A stretch of 63,766 nt of DNA, the filler included, from Octopus bimaculoides (lineage: Eukaryota), in assembly GCF_001194135.2 (NCBI RefSeq). It is 3 parts of 3 records of this genome, joined end to end, with 100 filler letters (N's around TTAATTAATTAA, not from the genome) between each part and the next. Parts side by side here need not be neighbours in the genome. Positions count along the whole stretch, not along the records: positions 47,374 to 63,766 come from NC_068993.1; 2 more parts are not named here. One strand, 5' to 3'. Positions 61,801-63,766 of the stretch are shown here, in pieces. Below the pieces are notes generated by a model. It was not told the DNA's origin. It saw only the letters and a program-made list of their open reading frames with translations, and searched no databases. How positions within the stretch are numbered: the first letter of the stretch is position 1; each line of letters starts with the position of its first letter. Position numbers and translations under genes: made by a program.

Positions 61801-63440
61801 ACAGGCAAGAAGGTTCCGTCTGCAGACAGACTACCGCCCTTTATTGTCGATCTATGGATCAAAAAAGGGTATCCCCACACATAGAGCCAACAGATTGCTG
61901 CGCTGGGGAACGATCTTGCTGAATTTCGACATCAAAATGGAATATTTGCCATCGTAAAAAATTAGACATGCAGTTGGTTTGTCAAGGTTAATACCAAAAT
62001 ACAGTGAACCACTGGAGACCACAGGTATAGCGGCGTTAAAAGCCGAAAATGAAATAAAAATAAAAAATATATTGTGCAATGTTGTGCGTGAATTGCCTGT
62101 GACATTGGAGGAAATAAAAATTAAGGACGAGTTCTCCCTAAAAATGAAAAAAAGATAATGAGATCAGAAGAAACAAATAAAACAATACGTGTGGCTGGGC
62201 GTAACACAGTTTCGAATTTGTATTCGATATGTGAGAATGTACTTATGTATGCACAGAGGGTCGTAATGCTCACCTCACTACAAGGTCGAATGCTAAAGGA
62301 ATTCCACACTGGACATCTAAGAATTTCTAGGATAAAGTCGCTTATGAGGAGTTATGTCTACTGGCCAAAAATGGATCTAGATATTGAGAAGTTTGTAAAA
62401 TCCTGCAGAGGTTATGCTCTTGCTGCGAAATCACTACTTATAAAATTTCGACCTTGGCCCAAGACTGATATTCCATAGTCCAGATTTCACATAGACTTCG
62501 CCAGACTGTTGAACCGAGCATATTATCTAATAGAGGTAGACAGCTTTACTAAATGGCCAGAAGTGTGTAAACGTAGAAAACCGACATCCACGGTAACAAT
62601 GGAATTTCTACATGAACAATTTGCTAGGTATGGTGTCCTGGATACCATAGTCACCAATAACGGTACACAATTTACGGCGAATGAATTTAAGAATTTTTGC
62701 AAGATGTACTCACATGATACGCCTCCATATCGCCCAATATCAAACGGGCAAGCGGAAAGGTTCGTGGATACATTTACAAAAACATTAAAGAAATCACGAA
62801 ACGACCTAGTGGATGACGCAGCATTGACACAGTTGTTGAGGGTTTATAGGATAAAAACAAATCCAAACAATTCTTCAGGTAAGTTGCCTGCGGAAATAAT
62901 GTTTGCTCGAAAAATAGTCAATTTTCTACAGGCTGTTACCAGTAGGAAAAACAAATAAGGAAAACACGAAATATACAAAACATTTTAATATCGGTGACAA
63001 GGTGTTTTTCAATATATATACAAAAGTGGAAGACAAGTTTGGGAAGACGGCGTAGAAACAAAAAGAACAGACAAAATGACATATGATAAGAGGCGAAAAA
63101 TGGGTACATGAAAGACACTTAAACAGCTAAAAGTAGATATACGGAAAAAAGAAAGGAAATACCCATGAAAATGTTCTAGGCGTAACAGCACAAGAAAGAG
63201 GAAACAAGCAGAACGGTTGGAAGTAGTGCCTAAACTTCCCTAGGAGGAAAATCTCAAAAGGGAGATGTGATGAAAGAAAAATAAATGAATAAAAATAATA
63301 ATATTAACTCCCAACGGAAGTCAATCTCAAAGTGGCGGGGATGTTGTGGCGAGAGTGATTGACACTCGTGGGGGATTGCAAGAATGGACTAGCCGAACTC
63401 TTGTAAAAAGCAACGTAAGAGGTCGGTAGGAGTCGTTGAG
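58884..63440 (+). mobile_element. Decayed Ty3/Gypsy LTR retrotransposon, Mag-like clade
   Basis: 5' LTR from tgttgtg (58884) to about 59327. PBS tggcgacga at 59334 (complementary to the tRNA-Ser GCU 3' end). Twin CCHC knuckles (about 60180-60280), protease LQLDTGSDITII, RT with YLDD mutated to *LDD (61178-61189), RNase H ADAS, integrase HTGH..SC and VTNNG..NGQAERFV. PPT aaagtggcgggga (63329-63341). 3' LTR from 63342. Many stops and frameshifts. Confidence 0.92.
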
Positions 63441-63550
63441 AGGGCGTTTTGTGAGTCTCGCGAAATACGTTGTGTGAACACATTTATTTAACCACCGCTG
63501 CATTAAATTACATATCCAACGTTTGTCACGAATATATAAAAAAAAAAAAA

Positions 63551-63659
63551 TTCAAAGCCTTTTCCATTCTTCTCGATCGTTAACCTATTACACCTGCTTA
63601 TTGTACTTCCACGTGTCTTCGTCCTTCCTTTCCTGTAAATTCGAACTATATATATATAT
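63551..63659 (+). mobile_element. Repeat family H, right half
   Basis: ttcaaagccttttcc..cgttaacctattacacct..acgtgtcttcgtc..gtaaattc(ta)n aligns with ttaaagactttctc..cgttaaactaatacatct..acctgtcttcgtc..gtaaattc(ta)n (minus strand of 3520-3612). Confidence 0.55.
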
Positions 63660-63766
63660 TCAAATTACGGTGAAAGTAAACAAACAAACGAAGTTTGCTT
63701 TAGAAGCGTTGAGATGTCTTAGAAAAATAACGAAGTAACTTTTTATTCTCAAACGGAGGATAATGC

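Overview
AT-rich, repeat-saturated metazoan genomic DNA with about 17 N-gaps. The SINE, microsatellite and LINE repertoire resembles a coleoid cephalopod such as Octopus (inference from recalled repeat families, not checked against a database). No complete host gene is visible, and most entries in the ORF track are translations of microsatellites or gaps. The window holds: (i) a Penelope-like (Naiad-type) reverse transcriptase frame on the minus strand, uninterrupted over about 1.2 kb (30136-31360) and cut by a gap; (ii) a decayed but near-complete Mag-clade Ty3/Gypsy LTR element (58884-63440); (iii) remnants of R4/Dong-like, Hero/NeSL-like, RTE, Tx1/L1-like and CR1/L2-like LINEs; (iv) Tc1/mariner and hAT-like DNA transposon derivatives; (v) dozens of tRNA-derived SINEs in at least five families, labelled A-G here. 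The most interesting signals are several unrelated minimal type I hammerhead-ribozyme-like motifs with palindromic helix III (best at 2881-2923), one of them split by the Gypsy insertion next to its cleavage site; candidate host exons on the plus strand, including a 15-nt microexon with textbook splice signals (34226-34240); fold-back microsatellites; and an (AAT)n-array insertion hotspot. All calls come from manual reading and translation.
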